In this document: in pieces, positions 50,935 through 63,781 of the stretch
Layout: each line of letters opens with the position of its first letter
Numbering within the stretch: the stretch's first letter is position 1
Assembly: GCA_013265495.1 (NCBI GenBank)
Contig: MU061579.1
Location: 186,001-250,000, forward strand
DNA: 64,000 nucleotides
From: Vicugna vicugna
Taxonomy: Eukaryota
Reading direction: 5' to 3'
Translations under genes and position numbers: made by a program
The notes under the pieces: generated by a model
What the model was told of the DNA's origin: nothing
The model's input: the letters and a program-made list of their open reading frames with translations, nothing else
Databases searched by the model: none

Positions 50935-52029
50935 GACCTTGTAGAAATGTCCACAGTTCATTACAGTTGCTTCATTATATGAGTATCTCTTTTTCGCCTT
51001 TAATCGAGGATGGCTGACTTGCCCCGACTGCGAAGGGAACATCATGTGAGTTTGAAACTTGGGTCTCAGTAGGCTTTATGTGCTTTCATTCTTGCTCTTT
51101 GAATAGTTGTCTAGAGCTCAGCTGAGCTGCAGAGAACTGAGCTAGCTGCCAGAAGTGGGACTAACCAATTAAGACAATAAGCCAAAACGAGAGGACAGTC
51201 AAGGCTTTCGTCACTTCCTGAAATAATCCGAGGAAGAGGCTAAACTCGAGAAAACTCTGACTGTTCTAGTTTCCCTAAAGGTCAAGGGCCAAGTGGATCA
51301 GCACAGATGTCAGAGATCATCTCAGCCCTGGAGCTCCAAACAAAACATTCTGGCAGTTTTATGGACCTGGGGCTGAAGGAAGGGAGAGGGGAGAAAGGAT
51401 GAAAGTGTTAAGTACCGAGTCAAAGTGGAAAAAGTGTCTTCAAAGTGGTCCTTTCCTGTCTCCATCTAAATAGAGGTCTCAACAGAGACCTCTGCTGATG
51501 GCTCTGGATAAAGAGGCCTCTGAATGCAGGCACCAGGGCTAGAAATGCAGATACATTCAGGAGCAAGGTGGGACCTGTGTCCTTGAAGGCAGTTCCTTTC
51601 AGAGATTGCAATGCAGTGACTGCACACCAAGTCTGACCTGGGGACGGAAGCTTCTCCCTGGGCCTGTTAGGAGATGCCTGTGTAATTGCCTATGGTTGGG
51701 CCTGAAAAATCACACATAGAGTTTTGGCAGAAGCTGGATTCCTCAGCCCTTGCCACTGATGGCATGTAAGAAAGTCTAAGATAGCCTAGCAAAGGATAAG
51801 GGACTGACCATGTTGAGCATACTGGCAGGAGACTAAACCAGTACCTGAGTGAGTGCAGCTGAAATCAGCTGAGCCTGACCCATATCAACAGAACATTCTA
51901 TCTAGCTAAACACAGTCCAATTTATCGACTTAAAGAAGGGTAATTTACATAAGCATTTGTAGTTTTAACCCATTTGGTTTGGGTTTGCTTTGCTTTGTTA
52001 CACACACATACACAAAAGTTAACTGACAC
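50935..52029 (+). mobile_element. MLT1G/H-like MaLR LTR, split into about 50935-51112 and 51752-52029
   Basis: 3' part CAGCTGAGCCTGACCCATATCAACAGAAC...GTTTTAACCCATTTGGTTTGGG...TAACTGACAC; 5' part AATGTCCACAGTTC...TGACTTGCCCCGAC. Confidence 0.65.
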
Positions 52030-52464
52030 TGACATTTACCAAAAATCTTGAAATATAATCCACTAATATGTCTAAAACCACCTAGTCATACTGTTATCCT
52101 ATTTTCTTGGTTTTATATCTCCAAAGCTATTTCAAAATCAGTGCTCCATGCCTGTCATATACTTTTTTCTTGGACTTCTATGGTCATTACTTTCTTCAAC
52201 ATCACTTTAGATACCTTCTTAATTTTGCTGTTTACTTCTTATATTTAACTGCTGCAACTTTTTCCACCATATTTTTGTCTCCATGTCCCAGGGAAAGAGA
52301 TAAGCTAAATAGTAAAACATTCTACAGTATCTGTTTCCATTTTACAGCATACCGGTCCAAATTTTCATAAATATGTAAATATTTTACACACTTGCATATC
52401 AAGGAATTTCAAGGATCAAATGGTAGCAAAAATATCAAGTCTTCTAAAAAAAATAAAGTTCTCT

Positions 52465-52560
52465 TTCTTAGAATGAGAAAACTGAGGTCTAAAAAAGAAA
52501 AATGAGAAATCTTCAAAAATAGCAAATGGCAAAACTGTAACTTAAACTTTGACCTTCTGA
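52465..52560 (-). mobile_element. MIR core fragment
   Basis: TTAGAATGAGAAAACTGAGGTCTA. Confidence 0.5.
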
Positions 52561-52787
52561 ACATGGTAATATCAGCACTCTTTCAGAACTTGCGATTGTG
52601 ATGGCAGTACATTTTTGACGATAAGTTGTCAAGTGGCTCTACACTCTATATGGTATGAGATAGCCATGATAGAAATGAGAAGGAATTCAGTAGAGATGAA
52701 AAGATCATACATGCCTCTATTGATTACCCATTGTTACAAATTCACTTACTAGTGGTGAAAATTTGGAAGTGTGTCTAGATTAGTAAT

Positions 52788-52990
52788 AGCTATAGACTGT
52801 CTGGGCTTAATCCTTGTTTTAAAACTCATTTTGAATATAATAATCTTCCTTCACTTTATTTATCTCCCTTCACTTTAGTTATTTTAATTTGTAAAGTGGA
52901 AGTGATACTAGTACCTGTTTCATAGGGTTGTTGTGATGATGAAATGAGATGATATATTTAGAGAGACGATGCTACAAGAAGTACTCAATT
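52788..52990 (+). mobile_element. MIR
   Basis: TAGTACCTGTTTCATAGGGTTGTTGTGATGATGAAATGAGATGATATAT. Confidence 0.75.
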
Positions 52991-53116
52991 CATCCATCCT
53001 ACTTCTGCTTTCACTATCCTGACTGGCTGTGAGGTGCCTGAGCACAAGGACTCCCCTTTGTTCAATTTTAAATCCCTGGGATCCTGTCAAATGTCACATG
53101 CACCTTATATCTTTGT

Positions 53117-53224
53117 GGAAGGAAGTAAAGAAAGGAAAGAGGGAAAGGAAGAAGGAAGGAGAGGTGGAAAATAAGGAGGGAAGGGAAGGATGGAACTGAA
53201 GGAGAAGGGGAGGGAAAAAAAGAA
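53117..53224. repeat. GA-rich low-complexity polypurine tract
   Basis: Directly visible. Confidence 0.85.
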
Positions 53225-53644
53225 TTGTGTGTCCAGAGTGATTTTATGAGAAACATCAGCATGTTTCTTCAAGTGCTTAATGCCAGAGTTAGTAAAAATT
53301 GTAAACCATTGATGCAGTAATTGACGATAAAGAGAAAGAACTCTATATATCAGTAGACACCCATAATTGCTGTTAAATAATAATTTGGCATTATCAATGG
53401 GAGTAAGGAAGAGTAAACAGCATCCTCCTAGCTCTTTGGTTTGGGACTAGGACTTAAGCAGGACAGATTGGAGTGATTCACAAGAGAAGTGGGTAAGTCA
53501 GGGGAAAATACGTCCTTCATTCCTCCCAACATTCTTACTTCACTAGCTCAGTTTACATCTCATGCCCAGTCATTGTAATTCCTTTTGCCTGCACAACAAC
53601 TGTTCTCAGTTTTGACAGAGATTACTTCACTAATTCTTTAAGAC

Positions 53645-54175
53645 AATCCAATTTTGCTTTGGAGACTAGTTTTTTTTCTGTTTATTAATTTATCCTATTT
53701 ATTATTATGTTCTTTCTCTTTCTTTCAAAATAACTTGCTATTCTTTTAGTAATTTTTTGCAATGGATGATTAATGATTTTCAGTCTTCCTTCTCTTTAAA
53801 TATGTGTATTTAAAGGTAAATGTTTTTTCTCTTCATGACCTTAATGCCTTTCCATGATTATAACACATTTTTATTCTCTTTCAGCTCAAAATACTTCCTA
53901 ATTTCAATTATGACTATGCTTCCAAAATGTAATCATTTGACTCATGGATTATTTGGGACCACATTACTTACTTGCCAAACATTTATCAAAGAATTTTCAA
54001 ATTATATACTTATTTTCAATTTTTTTGTTAAATCTTCTGGTGTTCGAGATTATAGCCTAATGGTTTCAGTTTTTTTGAAAATGTTTGAAACATGCTTATG
54101 AATCAGCATATGTGGATCTTTAAAATATGCTATATGCATTTTAAAACAGTGTATTTTGGTAGTTATTAGGTATAG
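53645..54175 (-). mobile_element. Old L1 ORF2 (EN-proximal) fragment
   Basis: TTCAGCTCAAAATACTTCCTAATTTC; TTTGACTCATGGATTATTT. Confidence 0.6.
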
Positions 54176-54320
54176 TCATTTAATAAAAATCCTCCTGCCA
54201 ATCTAATAAGAAAGGTACTACTGCAGTAATCCTGTTATTCACATCTTACAGGAGAGAAAAATAAAACAGAAAGGTTAAATATTTTGCCCAAATTCACATA
54301 CCTTGTAAGCAGTGAGGCTC
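54176..54320 (-). mobile_element. MIR
   Basis: CAGAAAGGTTAAATATTTTGCCCAAATTCACATACCTTGTAAG. Confidence 0.6.
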
Positions 54321-54494
54321 CCAGAGAACGACATGCACAGTATGTCTCCTTAAATATAAACTGTGTTCTTTTATTTGTTATATAATAGTAATACAAATAC
54401 TGCACTGAAGGATGAAGGACATGAAAACCTTAAGGTTAGGTTATATGAAGACTTAGAGGTGAAATAATATGTAATCATGTGGAAAAAGAATTGT

Positions 54495-54778
54495 ATTTGT
54501 CCTCCTGCGTGACGCCAAGGGGTACGTTAGGAGTAAAGAGGGAGGTTGCAAAGAAATAAAAGGAAATTACACTGAAATGAACTTCTAACATACAGAGCTC
54601 TCCAGAGAAAATAGACTTCTTTAAGAATCATAAGACTCTCCTAACCTAAGGCTTTCAAATGAGCTGAAGGACCTCTAAGTACAGTAAAGAGATGAGAGTA
54701 ATGGGGCTTATATGCCACATACATTTTAGCCACTATCAATAATATCTCCTGTAGTCAGGAGATTCTATGACTATGAAT
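54495..54778 (+). mobile_element. CR1/L3 3' end
   Basis: AACTTCTAACATACAGAGCTCTCCAGA, with terminal GAGATTCTATGACTATGA (CR1-type tail). Confidence 0.55.
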
Positions 54779-56080
54779 GCTAGCACTATGAATTAGCTAA
54801 CGTTTCGTATTCTTACTGATCCCTTATATTGCCCTTGAAATATTAGTTTTCCTGGAGAAAAACACTTAAGTTGGTAGCATTATGGTAGATCATCAAACAC
54901 TGCATTTTTGTCAGCTGTTAAGTGTAAGAAATATTGTGTTTATGTGTTCTGCCTTTTAGTCAATAATGAAAGCCATAAAAATGATTAAATCTTAGGAAAA
55001 ATAGAGTCCCTGAAGAAAGATGAAAACAACATATATCTAAGAAAAGAGCGAGCTGAGGAGAAGCATTAAATATTAAAAAATGAAACAAAAACTCATAAAG
55101 AAATACTACAATAATGCCTTATTCTGCCTATCCATTCCTTCCCTTGGCCTTAGGTAATTCAGGTTGTAACTAGATTTAGAAATAATGATCCAGTGTCTAA
55201 AAAGGTTGGCAAATATCCGAAAAGGGACAAATGCAAAGTGATCTTCGTGTGCCCCAATAGCTGATACTAAGAGAAGATTAAGAATTTACACGAAAACCAA
55301 ACTAACAAACCTTACAATAATGACAGAATTGTCTGTTAATGCCTCACAGGCAGCTGTTAACTCTGTTTATAACTCTATTAACTTCCAAGCATTCTGTCTC
55401 AAAAGAGGACAGAAGAAACTTCTTCTGTGTGTTTATGTTTGGGGGGAGGGGGGCAAGAGAGCTGTGGTGACTGAGACTCAGAAGGGTGTTAAAATCCACC
55501 CAGACTTGAGACATCATGGAGGTACAGGGTTCATCCACGTATCCTCCGCTATTCACCCTGCTCTGTCTCCTAAGATCTGACCAATAACACCAGCATGATT
55601 GATCAGGAGGTACTTGGGATCACTGACACTGCCGTCAGTATCATGGCCAGCCACGGGGTCCGTTGTCTCACAGAGGAGCAGGTGATTGCCAAACAGAAAT
55701 ACCAGACTGCAGGCAAAAACGTGGCCTCATATGGATAGCTCAGATGGCCCTCTGGCTAACTAGCTGTGAAGCCTGACCTAGCCATTTTACTAAGCTGAGA
55801 TTTTTTTTAATCCCTTATCTTTTGTCATTGAAAATTTGAAGACTGTTTGTCACATTGAGTTAGAGTTGTCCTTTAGTGAAACTGGATTTCTGAAACAAAT
55901 GTCAAAAGCATGATCTTGCAGGTCTTAGTGGTCTTCCCCTTCTTAAAAAATACAGTCTTAAAATTTGCTACCCAGACACCAAGAGAAAGAGGGCAATAAA
56001 TGAACGTGAAAAATGATATTATAAAGATAAAGGTAAAATACTTATACTTTTAATCTTTTCATTTATCATATTAATATTTT

Positions 56081-56121
56081 TTAGTTCTGGGCAAAGAGGT
56101 TTAGTTCTGGGGCAAAGAGGT
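56081..56121. repeat. 20-bp tandem duplication
   Basis: TTAGTTCTGGGCAAAGAGGT followed by TTAGTTCTGGGGCAAAGAGGT. Confidence 0.95.
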
Positions 56122-57349
56122 TACTTGATGGCTTTTCTTGTGAGGGGTTTAAAAAAGCTGCATAATGATTTTGAATTAGTATTTATATAAGAGTGTGCCT
56201 GTATGACAGCAAAGTATTGCAACCTCACACTACATTCTTCTCACTATATTATTGTGAGTACTCTTTTTGTAAAGAGCACCCTATACTATGGAGGACTTTG
56301 ACAAACTTAAGAATCTCAAGCAGGTTGATCAGTAAAGAAAGGACCTAAGAAACCATTAGAGTTAGGGTTAGTTAGGGCTTATAATGAAATGCAGTGGAGG
56401 AATTTAAGAGAATTTAACCTGGACACATTCTAAGTGATTTCAAATCACTGAAGTTCCGTTGTCCAGGAGAATCAGTGTTGCACTGATTGAGATTGCAAAA
56501 ACCATGATCAGCAGTAAATATTCCAGTGAACCAGGTTTTGGTTCCAAATAAGGAAGAACTGAATATTAGAACTCAGTGAAAATGCGAATCACCTGGAGCT
56601 GAAGTCTAATGTCAACTTGTTAGGTGCAGTTATCCTGCTGTGAAGTTGTGAGTTGAACCAGTTTTCCCACTATAACTCCATGTTCGTGCTATTTTCTAGG
56701 GACATTTCATAATGGGACCAGAATTAAAGTAGCTAAATCTACTCAAAGTACAACTGGGAAATATATAAATCACTTTCCCTGAAGTCAGTAGAGAAGTTTG
56801 GCTTTTTTTTTTTTCAATTATTTGATAGCTGTGTTTAAAAAAAAAGCACTACATGAAGTCACAAAACGTATTTTATTTCTACAAAGTGGGGAAGTAAAAT
56901 CTGATTCTTTCTAAGCCTCATAGAGCTGTAGAAGTCTATAAAATGCTCTTAATTAAGGTAACAGTGTTAGCATTGGCTCTGTCCTTACCATGCAGAAAAC
57001 TGCATGCAGGCAAAAATCACAGTTCTTGTGTGGAAAAGAAAGAAAAAGCTCAACTTGTTGAAATGGTGTTTGAACTATAGAGTTACGTTTGAATTTTGAA
57101 GGCCCTCAATTACCAAGTAGAAATTAGAACGTATTTATGCAGATAAAGAGATCTTAGAAAGGTTAATTAATATCATGGTTGGTTATTCATCAGATACTTA
57201 CGAGCTGCCCAGAATGGCTCACTTGCTGCCACCGTGTCTGGGGAAAATAATTCTTCGGTGAGTGATCAGAACAATGAGAGAATCAAAGGAAATTGGTCAA
57301 ACTGCAACTTCGTCACAATCCTACAGATTATATTTAGAAAAATCAATTA

Positions 57350-57455
57350 AATTACTTTTAACTTCCTTCTTAACTTTGGAAAATGTACATACTAATAGTA
57401 CCTGCCTGCAATGAATTTTTGTAAATACTGAATGAGATAATTCAAATAAACCCAT
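57350..57455 (+). mobile_element. MIR fragment
   Basis: AAAATGTACATACTAATAGTACCTGCCT...AATGAGATAAT. Confidence 0.5.
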
Positions 57456-58094
57456 AGTGTAAATCAATTATATTTCAATTAAAAGCAAAACAAAAGATAA
57501 CAAAAAAGCAAACACGTGGTGCTTATTCATTATTATTAATGCAACTACTCTAAACTATTAGATACTTATAAAATAAATCAGTCCTGAGTTTACAGAGTGT
57601 TCTTAGGGTCTCATTTAAATGTCTATTATATCGATCAATATTCAAATAACTCCAATTATAAGAAGAGAACATGGATAAAAATTTGGTGCCTGGAATGGAA
57701 AACAGTAATCTTTAAGTTTACATAGTACAGGAGTTTTTCTCTCTCTCTCTCTTTTTTTTTTTTTGTTTGAACCCACAAGAAACTGAGCTACAGTAGTCAC
57801 TTTAAAATGTTTATTAAATGAACTTTGAATAAATGGATTCACTTTTCTTTGCAGCTGTGCTTTAAATAAATAAAATATAGGCTGATTGGGCAAGTAATCT
57901 AAGAAAAAGCAAACTAAATTATGTATTTTAAGTCAAATAACTCATTTTAATTTTCACATAGCTCCACTTTAAACTTTTTGACCATACAATTTTCAGTATC
58001 ATTTTATAGTAACAATCAGTGTTCTCTGACAATTGAAGGGATATTGTGGTTTATTTTGTTTTGTTTTGCTGTTGTTTTTATTGTGAGATACTCT

Positions 58095-58480
58095 TTCATC
58101 AATCTTTGCTTAGGTAACACTGCCAGAATCTCAGTGGCTTACAACACACGTTCATCTCTCATCTTTAGACCTGCCGATGAGCGGCAGATGCTCCAGACAC
58201 AGGCTTGCTTCAGGTCTGTTCACACATCTTCATTTATCCACCCAGGCAGAAAAGGCAGCTACTGCATGCAGTGTGCTTTTCTTCCTGTGGATGAGAGTGG
58301 CCAAGAGGCTCAGTAATACTGAGCAGGAGTCCAGGCGATATATGTCATACCCACTCACATTTCACTTGCTCAGAGCAAGTCACAAGGCCAACTACAACAT
58401 CCATGCGATGGGAAAGTATATTTCCCAATGGAGATCAGGGAGCTGGTGAATTTTTACTTTTCAGTAATACCATCAATCAG
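58095..58480 (-). mobile_element. MLT1I/J-like MaLR solo LTR
   Basis: AATCTCAGTGGCTTACAACAC; CACATTTCACTTGCTCAGAGCAAGTCACAAGGCCAA; GGGAAAGTATATT. Confidence 0.7.
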
Positions 58481-61269
58481 AGTCACATTTTACAGACTCT
58501 CCACTATCCCAATAATGTAATATTTCACACATTTTGAAAAGATGTTTTTAAACGAAAGCAGTAAAAAAAATATTCTTGGTATTAAGCTATTGTAATAATA
58601 GTGCTTACAGTGTTCTTTTACATTGTATCATGTTATATTTGGTAAGCGCTGGGGATGAGAAAACAGCATCATAAAATTAGTCCATTTATAATCTAACATG
58701 AGATTTAAGTGTGTTTATTTTTATCTGCCAGAGCCAGAACACATTTGACCTGAAAATTGTGACATAAGCTTTTATTTTTCAAATTTAAATTTTAAATGTT
58801 AAAGGAAACTGTAGTGAGAGATTTTGATCATTAGTTTTGATATTTTGTAGTATTTAATAATTCAGAATTAAATTGTGTTGGGTAGTGGGGTGGCATGGGG
58901 CTAAGATTATTAACTAAGAAGTTAACTGCCAACTATGTCTCATTCTGTCTCCCCAAACCACTGTGATGAATTCCAGGTGACATTTGTGCAACAACAATAG
59001 TTAGATTCCAAGGAATAACACATAGGAATACAAATATGCAGACATATTAACAATTTCTTTAATATCTTTAAGCTTTAAATATCTGAAAATGTATTAATAT
59101 AAACTTAAGATTGATTTAGATCTTCAACTTGTAAATTTTGTAGTGATAGTGTGTCCTGTATGTATGGATTTGTTATATTCTACCAGTACCATTTATAATG
59201 TCATCCACCTAGATAACTAAATATGTACCTATCATTTATACATTTAACAGTTTGACTTTATTTCAGATTCTATTGATGACAATATTCTAAATTGTGTTCA
59301 AGAATATACATTTATTTTTCATATATTCTTTGTGATTTTATATACATGTGTATATATGTGTGTGTAGAGAGAGAGAGCAAGAGTCCTATGTTTATATTCA
59401 TTCTGAGTGTTTTCTGAGGAAGTGCATGATTTTAATTACCTTCTAAATTAAAAAGATTCACATTAATGTCCTACAAATTATTTTTACAAATGATCTTAGC
59501 AGTTTCAACTTTGTCTAAAAATTGCGTATCAAATCTGAATTCCATACAGATTCCTAAATGAATAACTTTTTCCCATGATCTTTATGTCAGTGAACTACAA
59601 AGACTTATAGCTCTTACATTTTGCAAACATAAAATTATATTGGCACGAATATTTAGAATTAGAGAGCCTGGATTCATTATCTGTCTCCATCAATTAATGT
59701 TAGATTATGGACAGATCGTTTATCTTTATTTCATCTTAGAATTATGTAGGCAGCCTCATCTAGTAGAATTTCTAGTTAAGACATCCATTTCTCATAATAC
59801 TGACTTTAGAATCATCCTATATTTTCTCCTACAAAAGATGGAATAAAAGCTTCACTAATTATGACCATACTGTGTACAACTTTAAATATGCTCTTGGCTC
59901 ATAATCAAGTGATTGAAAACTTTCAATAGTTTTTTTTAAATCAATCACAAATAGTATTAATTTGATTCTTCCCATGTTATGAGAACTCAAGTCAATACCT
60001 TATTTGAACCAATACCTTATTATTGGTTTAAGTTTGTAATGGAGATGTGTCATTTCCAGAGTAACTTATGGATGCAAATTAAAGATGAGAGAGTGAGAGA
60101 GGTTGGGAGTGGGGAAGAGAGAGAAAGAGAAATTCTGTGAAATAATTTCAGTAAATATTAAAAGGACATTTTAAAAACAAGCCTTCACAACTCTGAAGGT
60201 TCGCTTACGGAACAGAGTTAAATGACTTTAGAATTTCTTCTAATTGAATCTTTTAATACTTGATGTGTTGAAAGAGAAATTGGGCAGGATTGGAAATCTT
60301 GAGATCCAGATGTTTATGATGAGGTTCTCAGGTAAAATATTGCCTTTGATAGCACTGAATGAATCTTTCCTTAACCTCTGATTGACAGTTAAGAGATTAG
60401 AGTACCTTCAGGGTACTAGAGTTATGGTATATAAATGGAAATAGGATTGATATAAAAATGCGGTCATGGTGGAGTTTGACATCAGGGCCATGCCTAGACA
60501 AGCAAAAATAATTGCACAAAAGCCTTGAATGTGCTGCTATTTCTACCGTCTTAATCTTTTTTGACTTTCTTTAATAAGAAGGATTATTTAATAATCAAAG
60601 CAATATCACGGTATGACTGGTATGTGAACTGACATAAATGACAGCTATGTTTGACTTAAAAATGTCCAGGTAAGACTCCACAACTCTTGATGGCTTGAGA
60701 GCATTTAAGACACGGTTATTACTCACTTAATTTCAGGATTTGTTGCATGACCTTATTCTAGTGTTGCTCCAAATTGATGTGTGTTGGCTTAAGAAATCGA
60801 TAGAATAGACTAAACCATTTGATTACAGACAAGTTTAGCACTGAAAATATAAGAATACCCGAGAAAATGGAATTGTCAAAATTACTGTCAAGGGATATTT
60901 ATATGTGTCAGAATAATAAAAGGGGAAATGCAAATGAAAAAAAAATAAAATAAAAATGCAATTTAAGTACCAAATATAACAATTCAATATCAGCAAATCC
61001 TTATGGATGTTTTTTATTTCTATGTAATCCATGTCTGGATCTTAATCATTCCAAGGACACCTGCATAAATATCTTATCAATAGCACTGTATTTCTCATGA
61101 GAACAGCCATATGTAATTTACTTAGATACTTCCTTGGTTTGGAAAACAATGTGCAGGTTAAGCTCTATTTTTGTTTTACTTTAAGTTTTATTTAAATTTT
61201 TTGGCGGGCACTCTGATTTTCCTTGACATTTCACCATACTGAAGTGGTGAGGAAAACAATTTCTGTGAT

Positions 61270-63228
61270 GTTGCCAGTAACTTCTCTCTTTTTTATTTTG
61301 GATTTTATTGATTTGGGCCTTCTTTTTTTCTTGATGAGTTTGACTAGAGGTTTATCAATTTTGTTTACCTTTCTAAAGATCCAGCTCTGAGTTTTATTAA
61401 TCTTTCCATTGATTTGCTATCTCTATTTTGTTTATTTCTGCTCTGATCTTTATGATTGCTTTGCTTCTAGTAACTTGGGGCTTGTTTATTTTTCTTTTTC
61501 TACTTTCTTTAGATGTAAAGTTAAGTTGTTTATTTAAGATTTTTCTTATTTTTTGAGGTAGGTTGTATCACTATAAGGTTTTTCTTAGAACTGCTTTTGC
61601 TGTGTCCTGTACGTTTTGGATTCTAGCATTTTTGCTTTCATCTGTCCCTTGGATTTCATCAGTGACTCACTGATTGTTTAGCAGCACGTTGCTTAGCCTC
61701 CACGTGTTTGTAGTTTTTGCAGTTTCTTTCTTGTAGTTGACTTCTAGTCTCACGTGGTCAGAAAAGATGCTTATATGATTTCAATTTTCATAAATTTACA
61801 GAAGATTTGTTTTATGGTCTGACTTGTGATCTATCCTGGAAACTGCTCCATGTGCACTTAAAAAGAATGTGTATTCTGCTGCTTTTGGATGGAATGTTGT
61901 TTATATGTCTATTAAGTCCTTCAATCTAATATGTCATTCAAGGCCAGTGTTTCCTAATTGATTTTCTACCTGCATGATCTGTTTATTGATGTAAGTGGAG
62001 TGCTGAAGTCCCTTACTACTATTGTGTTACAGTCAGTTTCTCCCTTTATGTCTGTTAATATTTGCTTTATGTATTTAGGAGCTTCTATATTGGGTGCATA
62101 TACATTTACAATTGTTAGATCTTTTCCTCAGATTGATCCCTTATTCATTAGGTAATGTCCTTCTTTGTCTCTTGTTACAATCTTTGTTTTAAATTCCATT
62201 TTGTTTGATGTAAGTATCAGTACCCTGGCTTTCTTTTCATTTTAATAAGCAAGGGATACTTTTTTCCATCCCCTTATTTTCAGTCTGTGTGTCTTTAGGT
62301 CTGAAGTGAGTCTCTGTAGGCAGCATATGTATATCTTGCTTTTGTGTCCATCCAGCCATTCAGTGTCTTTTGATTGGAGCATTTAGTTGATTTACATTTA
62401 AAGTAATTATTGATAGATACATATTAATTACAATTTGGGTAATTGTTTTGGGATTGTTTTTGTAGTTCTTTTTGTTTCATTCTTCTTTTGCTCTCTTCTC
62501 TTGAGATTTGATAATTATCATTAACATTATGTTTGGATTTCTTTGTGTGTGTATTGTGTGTGTATCTATTATAAAATTGTCGTTTGTGGTTACTGTGATG
62601 TTTATATATAGAAATCTATATATTTTCATGATTATTTTAAGTTGCTGATCTCTTAAGTTCAAATGCATATTAAGAACCCTGCATTTTAATTTCCCCCAAG
62701 TATACTGTTTTTGACATATTTTACATTTTTTTCTTTTTTTGCATAGTCCTTAAATACTTATTGTGGCCTTAGATGATTTTACTACTTTTGTCTTTAGATT
62801 TCCTACTAGCATTATAAGTGATTGATCTACTACCTTTATTCTATATTTGCCTTTACCAATGAGATTTTTCTTTTTATATTTCTCTTATTTCTTACTTTGG
62901 CTTTTCCTTTTCTGCTTAGACAAGTCCCTTTAATATTTCTTTTAAGCTGGTTTGGCAGTGCTGAACTCTTTTAGCTTTTGCTTGTCTGTAAAACTTTTGA
63001 TCTCTTCTTTAAATCTAAATGATATCCTTGCCTAGAATATTCTTGGTTTTGTGTTTTTTTCCTTTCTTTTCTTTAAATATATTGTGTCACCCCCTTCTGA
63101 CTTCCAGAGTTTCTGCTGATAGCCAGTTGATAGCCTCATGGAAGTTCACCTGTATGTAACTAGTTGCTTTTCCCTCCCTGCTTTTAATATTCTCTATCAT
63201 TAATTTTAGCCAGTTTAAGTACAGTGTG
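61270..63228 (-). mobile_element. L1 (L1M2/L1M3-like): ORF1 3' part, inter-ORF spacer, ORF2 endonuclease region
   Basis: The minus strand near 62430 encodes YLSIITLNVNQLNAPIKRH (start of the L1 endonuclease); long collinear antisense L1 sequence. Confidence 0.92.
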
Positions 63229-63743
63229 GTCCAACAAGCCAATAAATCCAGAAATGAGGTGTTGGGGCAGGAATAGTTACTTTATTCAGAAAGCCAGCAG
63301 ACAAAGAAGATGGCAGACTAGTTTCCCAAAGAAAAATATTTCCCAAGTTAGAATTCAGGCTTCTTTTTATACTAAAAGGGGAGGGTGTATGGCTGGTTGT
63401 TGCAGACCTCTTAGAGCTGGCCAGGCTCCAGGTGTGATGTGATAATCCTTTGTTCTTGCAGCTGTCCACATAGGTCTAGTCATGATGTTCCTGCAAACCT
63501 CCAACAAGGCAAATGTTTTGCAACTTTCTATAAATGAAAAGTGTTATGCCTTTGAGGTCAAGCCTGGGAAGGAGAGTCTTGAGCAAGATAATTATGTATG
63601 TTTCAAGCTACAGACAAAATTATATTACCGACTACCAGACAGAGGCACAGAGCCAGCATGACTAAGCACAGGCAACATAGCACAAAGGGTAGAGCTGAGG
63701 GAATAGATCCAGCATGGAGACAGGTTTATTCTTCTTAGTTACA
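63229..63743 (-). mobile_element. ERV1-class LTR (cetartiodactyl-type), 3' end clipped
   Basis: The minus strand begins TGTAACTAAGAAGAATAAACCTGTCTCCAT and has a poly(A) signal (plus-strand TTTATT at about 63281); AAAGCCAGCAGACAAAGAAGATGGCAGACTAG. Confidence 0.8.
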
Positions 63744-63781
63744 GACTCAAAGAATGACTTAAGATGTGATCCTGGTATTTC

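Noticed and set aside
51472..51493. Perfect 9-bp hairpin AGAGGTCTC-AACA-GAGACCTCT
   Set aside because: About what chance predicts in 64 kb, and too short for a pre-miRNA
59993..60028. 12-bp direct repeat overlapping an 8-bp hairpin
   Set aside because: Short and AT-rich, with no TIR/TSD structure of a MITE
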